Source: Isurus oxyrinchus (taxonomy: Eukaryota). Taken from it: a stretch of 64,000 nucleotides of DNA. The stretch spans positions 43,834,001-43,898,000 of the forward strand of contig JANJGN010000010.1 of the NCBI GenBank assembly GCA_026770705.1, given 5' to 3'. Positions 37,995-50,764 of the stretch are shown here, piece by piece; within the stretch, counting starts at the first letter, position 1; each line of letters opens with the position of its first letter. A program made the position numbers and the translations under genes. The notes under the pieces are model-generated. The model did no database searches. It was given only the letters and a program-made list of their open reading frames with translations, and was not told where the DNA came from.

Positions 37995-40150
37995 ACTTGT
38001 ATATATATAGTGCCTTTAAGAATAATAAACTATCCCAAGGCACTTCACAGGAGCATTATGAAACAAAGTCTGACACTGAGCCACATAAGGAAATGTTAGC
38101 TCAGGTGACCAAAAGCTTAGCCAGAGAGGTAGGTTTTAAGGAGCATCTTAAAGTAGGAAAGAGGGGTAGAGGGGTGAAGAGGTTAGGGATGGAATTTCGA
38201 GAGCTGAAAGCACAGCCGCCAATGGTGGAGCGATTAAAATCAAGGATCCTCAAGAGTTCAGGATTAGAGAAACACAAATATCTCGGAGGGTTGTAGATTA
38301 GGGGTTAGGAAGAGGTTAGGGATAGGGAGAGGTGAGGCCATGGAGGATTGTGAAAACAAGATTGAGAATTCTAAAATTAAGAGCTTGCTTAACTGGGAGC
38401 CAGAGTGGGTCAAACTGTAGAATTGCATCACTTCGCAGAGATTTCAATTTTACATTATTATGGATCAGGTCTCTCTTTTTATTCCTTGAACAATAATCTT
38501 TTCATTGTATCAATGGAGGACAAGCTGTCATCTATCTTTTCAGGCATAAGACCAATGACCCTCTACTCTTGTAACTGCAGGGGTGGGTGTTGGGTGACAG
38601 AGCTTGCTGCAAGTTAAAACACAGTCAGCAGAGTTTTGGGTGACCTCACAGAGGGTAGAATGTGGGAGACTAGCCAGGACGATATTAGAATTGTTACGTT
38701 TATAGGTAACAAGGTGAAAAGACAAGGAGAAAAAGCTGAACAGTTTCCACTTTCGCTGTCTGAGACATATCCTTGGCATCTCTTGACAGGACAATGTCAC
38801 CAATTCAGAGGTCCTGGAGTGTGCTAATTCCTTCAGCTTATACTCATTGCTAAGCCAAAGATGTCTGCACTGGCTTGGCCACGTTAATCGGATGGATGAT
38901 GGCCAAATATCCAAAGACCTTCTGTATGGTGAACCGGCCACTTGGTCATGACCACCTGAGCATCCACACCTCCGCTGCAAGGATGCCTGCAAACCAGGTA
39001 TGAAGATTGACAATGACAACTGGGAGGCTGACGGCCATGACTGCTGGAGGTTGACTGTTTGGAAGGGCATAGGATGAGGTGAGCAGAAATTAAAAACTCA
39101 GCTAGCTGAGAAGAGGGCCTAGAGAAAACAGAGGCCAGTGAATCGTACACCTTCTCAACCCACTGTCTTTCACTGCAGCAAATGAGGTAGGCATCACCAT
39201 TCCTGAGCCACACCAGAGTTGACCACCACAGTGCAAACAACAGTCTTACAATTCAGAAGGCTGCCGCCATAGGAAACAAAGGCATGGAAGAGGGTTTGAG
39301 CAGCAAATAAGCCAAACCAGGGGTACAATCAGGCAATGTTCTGCAGTTGAAAATTTGCAGTCTTAGTGATGGTGCAGACGTGCAGTCAAAAGCTCATCTC
39401 AAGGTCAAATATAGCATCTAGATTGCGAGCAGTCTGGTTCAGCCTCTGACAATTACCAGGGAGAGGGATAAAATCAGTGTTTATGGAATGGATTTTGCAG
39501 GGTTAAAATATGATGGTTTTGATCTTCCTATTATTTAGTTGGTGAAAATTTCTGCTCATCCAGTACTAGATGTTGGACAAGCAGTCTGACAATTTAGAAA
39601 GTGGAGGAGTCAGAGAGATGGCGGTGTGGTAGAGCTGCGTGTCAGCACTGTACACTTGAAAAGTAATTCTGTGATTTTGAATGATTTCACAGAGGGCAAC
39701 ATGTAGATGAGAAAAAGGAGGGGACTAAGGACTAAGAAAGTAGGAAAAGAATATGCAGAGGATCATTCTCTGGCTACAACTTGGACAGATAAAAATGGAA
39801 CCAGGTGAGTACAATGGAGAGAAGATGGAGGAGGATGGAACGGTCAAAGAGCACACAGAGCAAGAAGAACAAGACGGAATAGCTTACCATGGTCACAGTC
39901 ACATGCTGTAACTTTGATATAGTTTATCTTAGCACTGTGATTCAAGGGCTTCAAATATGAGAGTTCCATGAAAGATGGGCACAGGTTTGGGAGGCAACAA
40001 CACCTTCAAGGACTTTGGAAAGGAAAAGGAAGTGGGAGATGTGATGGTTGTTTGGAAGGGCAGAAGAAATGAAGGAAATTTTTTTGAGGAGAGAGTGATG
40101 GCAGCCTGAAATGTAAGATTATGGAATTCCAAAGTGTCAACAAGACCATT
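37995..40150 (-). mobile_element. L2 LINE fragments (37995-38410 and 39270-40150), interrupted
   Basis: L2-type 3' tail (ACTTGTATATATATAGTGCCTTT...CCCAAGGCACTTCACA); purine-rich + strand typical of antisense L2; decayed YADD region near 39625-39650. Confidence 0.65.
38715..39270 (+). mobile_element. RTE-clade LINE 3' fragment
   Basis: Manual translation EKKLNSFHFRCLRHILGIS*QDNVTNSEVLE...LHWLGHVNRMDDGQISKDLLYGE, the characteristic RTE C-terminus. Confidence 0.85.
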
Positions 40151-40429
40151 TCATTTGTCTTGACCATCACTGATGTTTTGCTGCGATTGGCTAGTTTCAT
40201 TTTAAATTTCATGAAACATAAATTCAACCAAAAAGAAACCTATGCACACTTACCAGTTCACCAATAACTGATCACCATCAGCAAAAATGGGCTAAACCAT
40301 GATTATTATTTCGAAATGAGAACAATTATGGGCCATATAACCTTCTCCAATCGGTGTAGTATTTGGGTGCTACCACTAGATGGCACTAAGATGTTTGGTA
40401 AACAGCTGAGACATTACGAAGAATTAAAA

Positions 40430-40850
40430 ACAAGTGCCAGAGATGTACAGCGAGATAGATAGTATCTGTGGAGAGAGGAAGGTGGGATTAGCAATTTGGG
40501 TTGATGACCCGTTGTCAGAATCAAGAGATGTTACAGATGAACAGCTTATGAGGTTGAACAGAACCAGACAAAAAGTTGGCCAGGGGTTGGGTAGTTTGTG
40601 GGGCGGGGGTGGAGGGGGGGTGTTGAAAAAAAAATGCTCTGCGAAAGACGAGAGATGATTAATTGAAAGGGTCTGACAAGAGGAGGCAAGAATGAAAGAA
40701 ATTAGAAAGGCAAATGATGTAACTGAGGCACCAAGGATGTGTAAATGATTATAGCTAAATAACAGAGGGGAAAGGAGAATCTGGCAAGGAAGAAAAAGCT
40801 CCAATAGCTCGAGAGTGTGGCGGAGAGCAAAGGGATGTGATTTATACCAC
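40430..40850 (-). mobile_element. Old Penelope-like terminal region
   Basis: Minus strand CTGACAACGGGTCATCAACCCAAA...CTCTCCACAGAT is a decayed form of the 36730-36800 motif. Confidence 0.5.
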
Positions 40851-42246
40851 ACAAGCAGGTTGCCTTAGATACAACTAAATCATGAATGACTGATGATCAA
40901 TACCATTGAGTCGAATCCTCCATGATATATTCAGCACATACCTTACATTAAAAACTAATTAAGTTAAAAAAAAGGTGAAGTGTTCACTGCATTCATTCAC
41001 AACAGTTAGAGACAGAGTCCTAAAACTAGGTTATTCTGACAAGTGGTTTTATTATCTTTATATTTTAAACATTCTCCCCTAAAGAAAAACAAAAGTGAAA
41101 TCTGTTAATTAGGGGCACTGAAAGGGCTTGCACAAGGTATCTTTATTTTCCAAATAGTCATTGGCTATATCGTAAACTGGATGAGACAATTATTTCAGGA
41201 TTGGCTGTATCTCCTGCAGCGTTCCTTATTCTCTTTTTGCTCTAAATTGGGATCTTGTCTAACTGTGGACGGCTCGATGTGGTACTTGATTTGAGTTCTA
41301 TTTTCTGTTTGTTGTATTTCCCAATTCATTGCTATCCTCAGCTCCTTTTCCATCGGGAGAGGAATGTCCTAATTCAGAGATCTGCTATATTGGCAGCCTG
41401 CACTGGAGTGCAAGAAGTTCCAAGAACCAGGAAGCCACCTTTAGCCAGGAAAAAAGGAAATCAAGCAATTATGGTGCAAGAAGCCAAATTGGTGCTGCCA
41501 ATCCCCTCCTGTAACACCAGATCCTTCTAAATACCTCCTTTTCAGATATTTATTCCTTTCCCTTTCATATTAAATACTAGTCTCCAAGTCAATAGCTACA
41601 CAAGGTGAAGGATTTCACTGTCTGATAGGCCACAGTTTAAGAACCTTCCTCTTCCCTTCCCCCTTTGGTGCTTCAACTTACCTTCGGTGGTGGGGCAACT
41701 TATAAAAGCAATAATTCGGGACAAAATTGATATTCACATGGGCAAATGTGGGTTAATTAAGCAAAGCCAGCATAGATTTCTTAAGGGAAAATCATGTTTG
41801 ACTAACTTGCTGGAGATTTTTGAGGAGGTTACAGAGAGGGTTGACGAGTTTTTTGATGTAGATGTGGTGTACATGGACTTCCAAAAGGCATTTGATACAG
41901 TGCCACACAGCAGACTTGCAAACAAGGTTATAGCTTGTGGAATAAAAGGGACAGTGCAACATGGGGCAGGATTTTTCCCTTGTCGGGTGGGCTCGGCGGG
42001 GGCGAGCAGGAGTGGTCAGGAAGCCGACCGCTGCCTGCGATCGGGGCCAGACCGCAATTTCATGTCGGCAGGCCAATTAAGGCCTGCCCAGCACGAAATG
42101 CGGCTCGTCACTGGCTGGGAAGGGCCGAGCAGGGGCGGGAGCCTGTCGTCCACCGGGTCCAATGGCTACCTGGCGGACGGTTTAAAAACGGCACAGGCAG
42201 CCTCAGAAAGGCTGCCAGGGAAGGACATCTGTCTGCCGTTGAGAAG

Positions 42247-44098
42247 ATGGACTCGAGTGCGGCAGCAAACACTGGGCCAGGGGGCAGTCTGTGAGGGGGG
42301 CACTTGGCTTCCACTTTTTCCAACGAGTGCCTTGCTGCCCTGCTGGAGGAGGTGGCTGTCAGAAGGGACACCCTTAATCCAGAGACGGGAGAAGGAGGCC
42401 ACCACGTCTCACCAAGAGGGCAAGGGAGGAGGTGAGCAGCCATGGCATGGTGCAGCGCACCTGGGTGCAGTGCCAGAAGCCCTTCGATGACTTGCTGCAT
42501 TCAGGAAGGGTGAGTACCATGTTGGTATGGGTCAGTGTGTTGAATTGTTTTGGACTGGCCATCCCACCACCCCACCCCCCGTGGAGCTCAGGTGTGTTAG
42601 AGTCTGAGTGCCAACTGTCAATCATGCCGGCGTTGGCCAGGGGGGTGAGCCCTGGCTGCTTTGACTGAGTGTCTTGTGGCTCGAGGGCCATAACTCGGAT
42701 GTGCCCTGCAAGGTGCTCCTCAGCTGGGGTTGGCCAGGCTGCAATGGCACTGCAGGTAGAGAGTTGACTAATCAATGCTCCTCTGTCTTTTCAGGAGAAG
42801 ACGACCCATAACAATGTTGAAAGGTCGCAGACTGGCGGAGGACCCCTACATCTCATCATCCTTTCCCGGTACAAACAGGAGGCCTTGGAACTCGAGAGGG
42901 TCATGCACCTCGGTCAAGCATCTGCGGTAATGCTGGGATTTCAGACAAAGGTAACAGCGCAGTGCACAGAGGTGAGAATTTCAGCTTCTGCAACCATTCT
43001 AGTGCAGTCTCTTCATTGATGTGAGCCTCGAACCTGGATTCCCCATTGATCATTGAAAGATGAGCGCACCATGACATAGATCTTTATTGTGTCACCAGGA
43101 TACCTGGCATGCACAGTGTGTGTTATGACTTTAACTAATGGCATCTCCTTCTCCTCCCTCTTAGGTTCACCAGGAAGCGTTTGATCTCTGGACCCTGAAG
43201 GCTCACCCCTGACATTGGAGTATAACTGCTCCCCAAGCACCTGCGGCACATCCACTCTGTGAACCAGGCACCAGCACAGATATCAGCACCTAGTGGGCAT
43301 TAGTTTGGCAGCTAGTATCTCAATGCCCATTGGTGAAGGCACTTCACACTCGCTTGAGGTGCAGGCCGAGGCAGAGAATGCCCAGGGTGCTGGCAGAGGG
43401 CTGCTGAAGACCAGGATGATGCTGAGTCGAAGGCAGATGATGAGCTTCTGGAGTCATCCATTAGATGGCAGATGCTGGACATTCAGTGGGGTGTGTGGGA
43501 GGATCTGGCAGAGATCCAAGAGGGTATGCATGCCATGGTCTCCGTTTTTGGAGAGTCAGCATTGACCCTCATGGCTGAGCACACTGCCTCCTCCATGGAA
43601 AGAGAGGTGACTCTCAATAGGAGGCTGCTCCAGATAGAGAATCAGGGGTTCCTGGGGTTGCGCTCAGGCCTGTAAGCCCTCACTTAGGCACTAACCTCAG
43701 CTGGTCAGTGTCCGTCTGTGAGATGGATAGGACACCCAGTATCCCAGCTAGGTGCCATCCGTCATTGTGAGCAGGGAGGTCCAAAGCGACCTCATTTTGA
43801 TGCATGAGCTGCCTGTCATCTCTGCAGACTCCTCTTAGGGTGCTCTGGGTGATGGCAGCAGCTCCCCCACCCCTCCACCAGTGACTGTGGCATCTGATGA
43901 GACTAGGGAATGCCAGTCGTGGCACTGGCCACTCCCTCCCGGGTGGGGCCAGCACAGGCTCCACTGGCCAGAGGACGACCGCCAAGGTCATCAAGGCCAA
44001 CAGGACAGCAGAGTCAACAGGCTGTCTCCAATGCCGGTGCCAGTGAGGGGACAGTACCTAGATGTAGCACCCGTAAACGTAAGTTTAAAGCACCTTAA
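42247..44098 (+). pseudogene. Harbinger Myb/SANT-like gene of H3, three exons (about 42247-42509, 42795-42950, 43165-44098)
   Basis: TFSNECLAALLEEVAVRRDTL...RTWVQCQKPFDDLL; donors AGG|GTGAGT and AAG|GTAACA; acceptors TCTTTTCAG| and CCCTCTTAG|; basic C-terminus TRKRKFKAP. Confidence 0.85.
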
Positions 44099-44428
44099 GT
44101 ACAAGCAGCACTGCTCACGGGTGATCTTTTGTTCTCTCATTTTGTTTTTCTTATTTTAATGATGTGACTACCAACACAAGATATTCTTCTGTTCAAGAAT
44201 ATGTGAGTTCCAACAGTAAATTACATTTGCTTTTGTGTTATTGGCCTGTGTATGCTTCATTTGTTTTGTAGGTGCAGGATCTGCCAGTCTGTAACGCTGG
44301 AAGTGGGTGGTTCAAAAATTTATCGCACAGGTACTGAGTGTATCTTGGGGGCAAAAGAAAGCGTCATTTCTGTGATCCAGGACAGAGGCAACAGCCCTGG
44401 CATGAGGTGGTAGTTCTTTTTTGGCAGC

Positions 44429-45650
44429 CTAGCTGAAGGAGGATAAAGACGTTCCTAGTGTCCCTGCCTCCCCGGAGATTATTGAGGCCTATCCTCAGCA
44501 TTCTCCTCACCGTGCTTCTCTTCTGACTCACTACTAGATTCATCCTCTGTGGCCTGTGGAACTGCGTCAAGATCCTCTTCCTCCACAGGGTCCCCCTTTG
44601 CCTGTGCCAGATTGGGGAGAGCGCAGCATGCAACCACTATCAGTGACACCCGCTCTGGGGAGTATTGCAGTGTGTCTCCTGAACAGCCCAGGCATCAGAA
44701 GTGTGTCTTCAGAAGACTGATGGTTCTCTCTACCACCCGCGCTTGTGGAGCCATGGTTCCTGCCATACTGCTGCTCCACCTCTGTTCTTGGGTGGTGGAG
44801 AGGCATCATGAGCCACCTTTTCAATGGATAGCCCTTGTCACCCAGCAGCTATCCATCTAGCCGGGCTGGAGCACTGAGGAGCCTTGACACCTGGGAGTGT
44901 CTAAGGATGTAAGTGTCATGGGAGCTGCCAGGGTACCTTGCACAGACTTGCAGAATCTGCATCCTGTGATCGCACACTGTCTGCATGTTCATGAAGTGGA
45001 AGCCCTTCCTGTTGATGAAGGCACCCGGCTGACCCAGTGGGGCCTTGATGGCCAGGTGTGTGCAGTCGATTGCACCCTGGAAACTGAGGAACACATCAAT
45101 TGCTACACAGCCTCTGGCTCGCTCAGCCTGGCTGGCCTCGTCTGTACGGAAATTAATGAAAGTCAATACCCAGCTGAGCAGAACTTCTGTCACCAGCTTG
45201 ACACAACTGTGGACAGCTGATTGGGACACTCCACAAAGATCCCCACTGAACCCTGGAAAGAGCCGGAGGCATAGAAGTTGAGGGCCACTGAGACCTTCAG
45301 AGCCACTGGCATGGGGTGTCCACCCACAAGGTCGGAGCTGATCTCAGGCCCGATCATCTGACAAATGGAGGTCACGGTCTCCCTTGAGAGACGGAGCCTC
45401 CTTTTGCATTGCGCCTCAGACATATTGAGGCAGCTGCATCACCGCCTGTAAACCCTGGCAGCAAGATATTGGCATCTTCTTGGCCCCTTCAGCCTTGGGC
45501 TTCCTGCTGGCCCTACACCCCTTGTGCCTGTGCCTCTCCTCCCATAGGTCCCTACCCTGGAAGCTGCATTGAGACACCTGGCCTCCTCTCCCTTCTGCCC
45601 CTCTCTTCCTCCTCAGAGGAGGTGCCTCCAGTGGAGACCACAATCACCAT
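44429..45650 (-). pseudogene. Harbinger transposase of H3, with stops and frameshifts
   Basis: CKRRLRLSRE, MPVALKVSVALNFYASGSFQ, QGAIDCTH, NRKGFHFMNMQTVCDH and YPGSSHD. Confidence 0.9.
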
Positions 45651-46621
45651 TACCAGGGTATGGGAAGGCTGTCTGATACCTGGGAGGGTCCACATGGTCT
45701 AAATCCTCAGGGGGCTTGGAAGACACCAATGAGTCTAGAAATGATGACTGGAAATGCTAAGAATGATCAGAGGTTAATAATCTCAATAAGCAGCCAGCAG
45801 CAAGTTATCTCCAAAACTCCTCACCACTCACATTGACAATGCTGCTGACCCTTCCTATACCACCTGTGGATAAGGTTTTGCGAATTGTGGTCTGCCCATT
45901 TGCCCATGCGACAAGTGAAAAATCACATGGGCAACGTTAAACTGCCATCAATTGGGTTGTCAAGGGCCTTAACTGGCCTGTTAATTAATGGCGGATGCGG
46001 GTATGGCTCCAACCCCCACCAAGTGAAATATCGTGTGAGTGCACGCTGGCGTTGAGACACTTGCCCGACGTCAACACATGTCATTTTATGCTCGAAAGCG
46101 TGCCCACCCACTCAGCAAAAAATTGTACCCCTGGGTACGGAATTGGCTGAACAACAGGTGACAAAGGGTAGTTGTTAATGGATGTTTTTCCTGCTGGAAG
46201 GAGGTTTGTAGTGGAGTTCCCCAGGGTTCAGTGCTTGCTTTTCCTGGTATATATCAATGATCTAGTCCTTGGTGGGCAGGGGACACTTCCAAAGTTTGCG
46301 GATGATACAAAACTTGGAGGCATTGTGAACTGTGAGGGGGGCAGTATAGAACTTCAAAGGGACATAGACAAGTTGGTGGAATGGGCAGGCAGGTGGCAAA
46401 TAAAGTCCAATGCAGAGAAATGTGAAGTGATTTATTTTGGTAGGAACAAAATAGAGAAACAATATAAAAATAAAGGGTACAATCCTAAAGGGGGTGGAGG
46501 AGCAGGGGCACCTGGGTGTATATGTGCATAAATCATTGAAGGTGACAGGACATGTTGAGAGAGCAATTAATAAAGCATACAGTATAAGGTTTTATTAATA
46601 GGGACATACAGTATAAGAGCA

Positions 46622-46687
46622 AGTGCACTGAGGTGAGAATTTCGGCTACCGCAACCATTCTAGTGTAGTCTCTTCATTGATGTGAGC
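46622..46687 (+). repeat. 66-bp direct copy of H3 intron sequence 42961-43026, inserted in CR1
   Basis: 61 of 66 positions identical by manual alignment. Confidence 0.9.
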
Positions 46688-49600
46688 GTCAGCTGGAGTA
46701 TTGCATCCAGTTCTGGGCACTGCACTTTAGGAAGGATGTGAAGGCATTGGGGAGGGTGCAGAAAAGGTTCATGAGAATGATTCCAGAGATGAGGAGCTTC
46801 AGATGTGAAGATAGATTGGAGAAGTTGGGACAGTTTTCCTTAGAGAAAAGAAGGTTGAGAGGAGATTTGATAGAGGCATTCAAAATCATGAGCGGTCTGG
46901 ACAGAGTAGATAGGGAGAAACTGCTCCCACTCATGAAAGGATCGAGTTCAAGAGGACTCAGATTTAAAGTAATTGATAAAAGAAGCAAAAGTGATATGAG
47001 GAAAAACTTTTATGCAGCGGGCAGTTGGGGTTTGGAATGCACAGCCTGATAGTGTGGTGGAAGCAGTTTCAACTGAGGCATTCAAATGGGAATTAGACTG
47101 TTATCTGAAAAGGAGGAATGTGTAGGGTTACGGGGAGAAGGCAGGGGAATGGTACTAGGTGAGTTGTTCATTCAGAAAGCAACTGCAGACACCGTAACAG
47201 TTCTGTGATTCTATGACTTTACTAGCTGCTCCTCTTGCACCTCTTGCTTTGTGCTGTTGCTACTGGTTCCACACAGAAGAAAAATTGTTACTGGCCTTTA
47301 AACCCAGGGTTAAACAGCCTCTGCTAAAAATGATGGACCATCTAATGGATCTAATGGCCCGTCAGCTGAATTTCTTCCTTTAAATTTTACTGAGAGTATG
47401 GCTATCTGGGGATCAACCTCATTTCCTCATGATCAATTGCATTTTTTTGCTACCTTCTTTGCTGGGCCTATATTTTTTTTTAAATGCCTCAAGCTCTGCC
47501 TTTGGCAATGCAAAAATTCAACCATGTGTTCCAGCTGAATTGAGCATGGAGGAAGGGGTCAATGATGTAAGTCACCTGTTACAACCTCTATTTATCACTC
47601 AGATAACTTCTGCCCTAACCTCACAATAAGAAACGCCAAAACACCATGGGTGACCCTCAAGAATTACAATCTGATGGTTATTGACAGAAGCGAAAAATAT
47701 AAACTGCAAAAAAAGAAAGCAGTCAGGTCTCAGCTGGTGGAAAGAACAGGACAGGGCCCGGAACCCGAGGGTGGCCATATCCATGCCTACCACATCATTT
47801 AGAGTGGGAGAGAAGACAGCTGGAGAAAAAATATATACTAATTCTGAAATGTAACATGTGCTTCAAAAGTAACACTTTAAGGAGGAGAACAGAAAATAAT
47901 TGTCTCTATTTCCCTCCAGCTTTTCTTTATGCAACAGCATATTTGGACTTACATCATACTAAAGAGTTATAGGATTGAGTATCTAGACAAGCCTATTCAA
48001 TTAATCAGCTTATGGCTCTATCCTATTTTACAATGTAATCTAATTTTAGCTGAACTGGCTTTCAAAAGATGGGCTCAGCAAGTGTCTGACACGCTAACCG
48101 ACCAAGCTTTTTTTTCCCTGCATTTTATAACTGTGGCTTTCTGCCCAACCATGATTGTACACAATCTGTTAGAAAAGGGCTCAATGCATTAAGTGCCTGT
48201 GACTTGTTTCAGCGTACACTATTGATGGGTCGCATTTCAATGATTCCATTTTAAACCTAACGCATTAGAGCTGCGAGTCACTCAGATCCATTTGGCTAAT
48301 GATTCCCCACTGCAATGAAAGTAAATGATAGCTATTTACAGTAAATTATTCAATTAGCTGTAAGGAAGTGCAGTATTCACATCCTATTGTTTGACATGGA
48401 GAAATTAAGATACACAATAAACCTTACCTCAGTATAGTTGAAAATCATTAATTATTTAACTAAAAAAAATCATTAACTGCTGAAAAATGTGACAAATAGA
48501 CTTTGGATATTCATATTTTGTCCTGCCCAAACAGCCACTATTGCTGTCTTGAGATTAGTGAAAGTTGGGAATATTAATTTATTTCCAACCTACAAACTGA
48601 TTTGCATGCATGTAGGAATGGACAAACTAGAAAAATAAAACTAAGAACGCTACATGCACCTGACTTTTTTTAACCATCTTTACCGTCTTTAATTATTATG
48701 GAGCTACTGACTTTTAAATTGCCCTTTTAATTCATCACACCTTGTTACTATCTTATGGTTGAGTATTTGTAATTTAGTGATGTGATGGGTCAACTGTGCC
48801 TATTCATCAGAAAAAAAATCTTTCAAGAGCATGTTATTAGATGTTCAAGGAGAAATAGGGAATAAATCTACTCTTTTTCTCATTACAAAACAAGCTCTTT
48901 TACAGAATTAAGAGTATCTCTGGTACAGTAAAAAAGGACTTTGCATAATTTGCTATAATCATGTCATTAAAACTTACAACTGATTCTTTTTTCAGTCATG
49001 GCTTTATGGTCTCCACGTGACACAGACAAAGAAGATCCTATCAGAGGCCAGGTGGGCTATACAAATCAGTTGAGCAATCCAGTCATTGCATTTAATTTCA
49101 TATGATAAATGGAAGTTAATTATTGTTTTAAAAAAACACTTAGCATACTCACCCTTGCATTGTGATAAGAGATAGACAGATCTGTAGTTCCATAATTAAC
49201 TTCTCCATTCATTTTTATTATGCTTCAGTTTCAAATTATGATTCCTAAATAAGTTATCTGTGGAATTTGCATATGTTCACCTCAAGGCCCAATGTATGTG
49301 AATTATAAATTATAAGATAATTCAACACCCTTTGAAAGTTGGCCTATGTGCCAGAAATTGGGCTGGTGGTGCAATTTTCAAACTGACTAAACAACAGACA
49401 CCCACCCCAGCCCCAGCCTGTATTTTTTAAGAGAAATAGAGCACGTGAATGATTGACAAAGTGGTTTATCAAGGAAGAAAGAAATGAAAAACGTTATGGA
49501 CAGATTACAGAAAGCTGATAAGCAATGAAGAATAAATTCAATTGACATTGCATAACATAACTCATGAGCACCGTCAGGGTGAGTGAATTTATGTGGGATA

Positions 49601-50494
49601 TATGTTGTATGGTTCATCTTGGGCAACTCATTGATATCCCAACATGTACTCCATTTATGTTAGATTACCTTCGAACCATTTTTCTCATTCAATAATTGCA
49701 AAATTAATACATTATTCTTCCTTCACATGCCTTTCAGTGTAGACTTAGCGGAAGCGTTTGCTGTTTAACTGATGCCTAATCTATGTTCCACTAACACACA
49801 ATGCCTAGATAACATATTATAAATAATTTGTTTAGATGACCACAGCAGGAAATAGGAGACTGCTATGTTGATGGAATTAGAGGAAGAGACAAATAATAAT
49901 AGGTAGAAAAGTCAGGCAGAAGAGCTAAAGGCGGTAATGCTTGCAGCACAAAATCCACAAAATGCTATATGTTTCATCAGATGGATCTTTCCAATTCATA
50001 ACATGGAAACCCAAAATGTAAGGTTTTGTTAGGTAAGAATTTTTTTTTGATCAAATAAAGAGAGAGATTTTAGAATGAAAAAGAAATACATGGAGGAAGT
50101 TATTTAAGAGTCATACTTCAACTAAACCTTGCATCCCCTTCAAATGACTTCTGTTTCACTTGTCAACACACAATACTAATTTAAGGTCGATTTTAACTTC
50201 ATCCACTCAGTGGGAATGCTGTCTGAAAGAGGTTAAGAGAACAGGGAATTCACACTACATTCCAATCCTGCACTATTTTAACCTGCCTGAATTTAGGCAT
50301 GATAAAGCCACCCATCTAAGTGGAGTGGAGAGCAGTGGCAAAGCTGCATCCTATTGACATCAGAGGCATGCATGCCATTTTGACTCCCGTGAATTTTGAC
50401 TTCCTTTCACCAACGCTAACATCATCCCCACCTGCTTGTGTTAAGGAGGTAATGGTGGGTTATGTAAATGAAATTAAGGAAGAATTTATATAGC

Positions 50495-50750
50495 ATTTAT
50501 ATTTATTTGTATTTATATTGCACATTTTGTGACCATGGGACATCTCAAAGCACTTTGCAGAAATTAGGAACTTTTGAAGTGTAGTCACTGTTTCAATTTA
50601 GGAAACGTGGCAGACAATTTGCAAACAGTAAACTCACACAAACAACAATGTAATAATGATCAGGTAATCTGTTTTTATGACAATTAAGGGATAAATATTG
50701 GCCAGAACAATGAGGATACCTCCCTAATTGTTCTTGGAAATAATGCACAG
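50495..50750 (-). mobile_element. DeuSINE-like SINE 3' portion
   Basis: Reverse complement resembles 58470-58712 (GGGATAAATATTGGCCAG; tail TTGTATTTATATTGCAC). Confidence 0.6.
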
Positions 50751-50764
50751 AAGAAAATATGGGC

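Larger units (their letters stand above)
41964..46130. mobile_element. PIF/Harbinger transposon H3 (Myb gene +, transposase -) with both ends present
   Basis: TIRs GGGCAGGATTTTT and AAAAATTGTACCC; 3-bp TSD ATG/CTG; removal restores CR1 CAACATGGGTACGGAATTGG. Confidence 0.92.
41687..47215 (+). mobile_element. CR1 LINE split by H3 (41687-41963 and 46131-47215)
   Basis: SQHRFLKGKSCLTNLLEIFEEV, YMDFQKAFDTVPH, FADDTKLGG and RRLRGDLIEAFKIM; sequence is continuous once H3 is removed. Confidence 0.9.

Noticed and set aside
41195-41353. 52-aa minus-strand ORF MEKELRIAMNWEIQQ
   Set aside because: No recognisable domain and no convincing splice signals.
41687-42490. 267-aa novel RT fusion protein
   Set aside because: Chance read-through from CR1 RT across the H3 TIR at 41964 into a non-coding frame.
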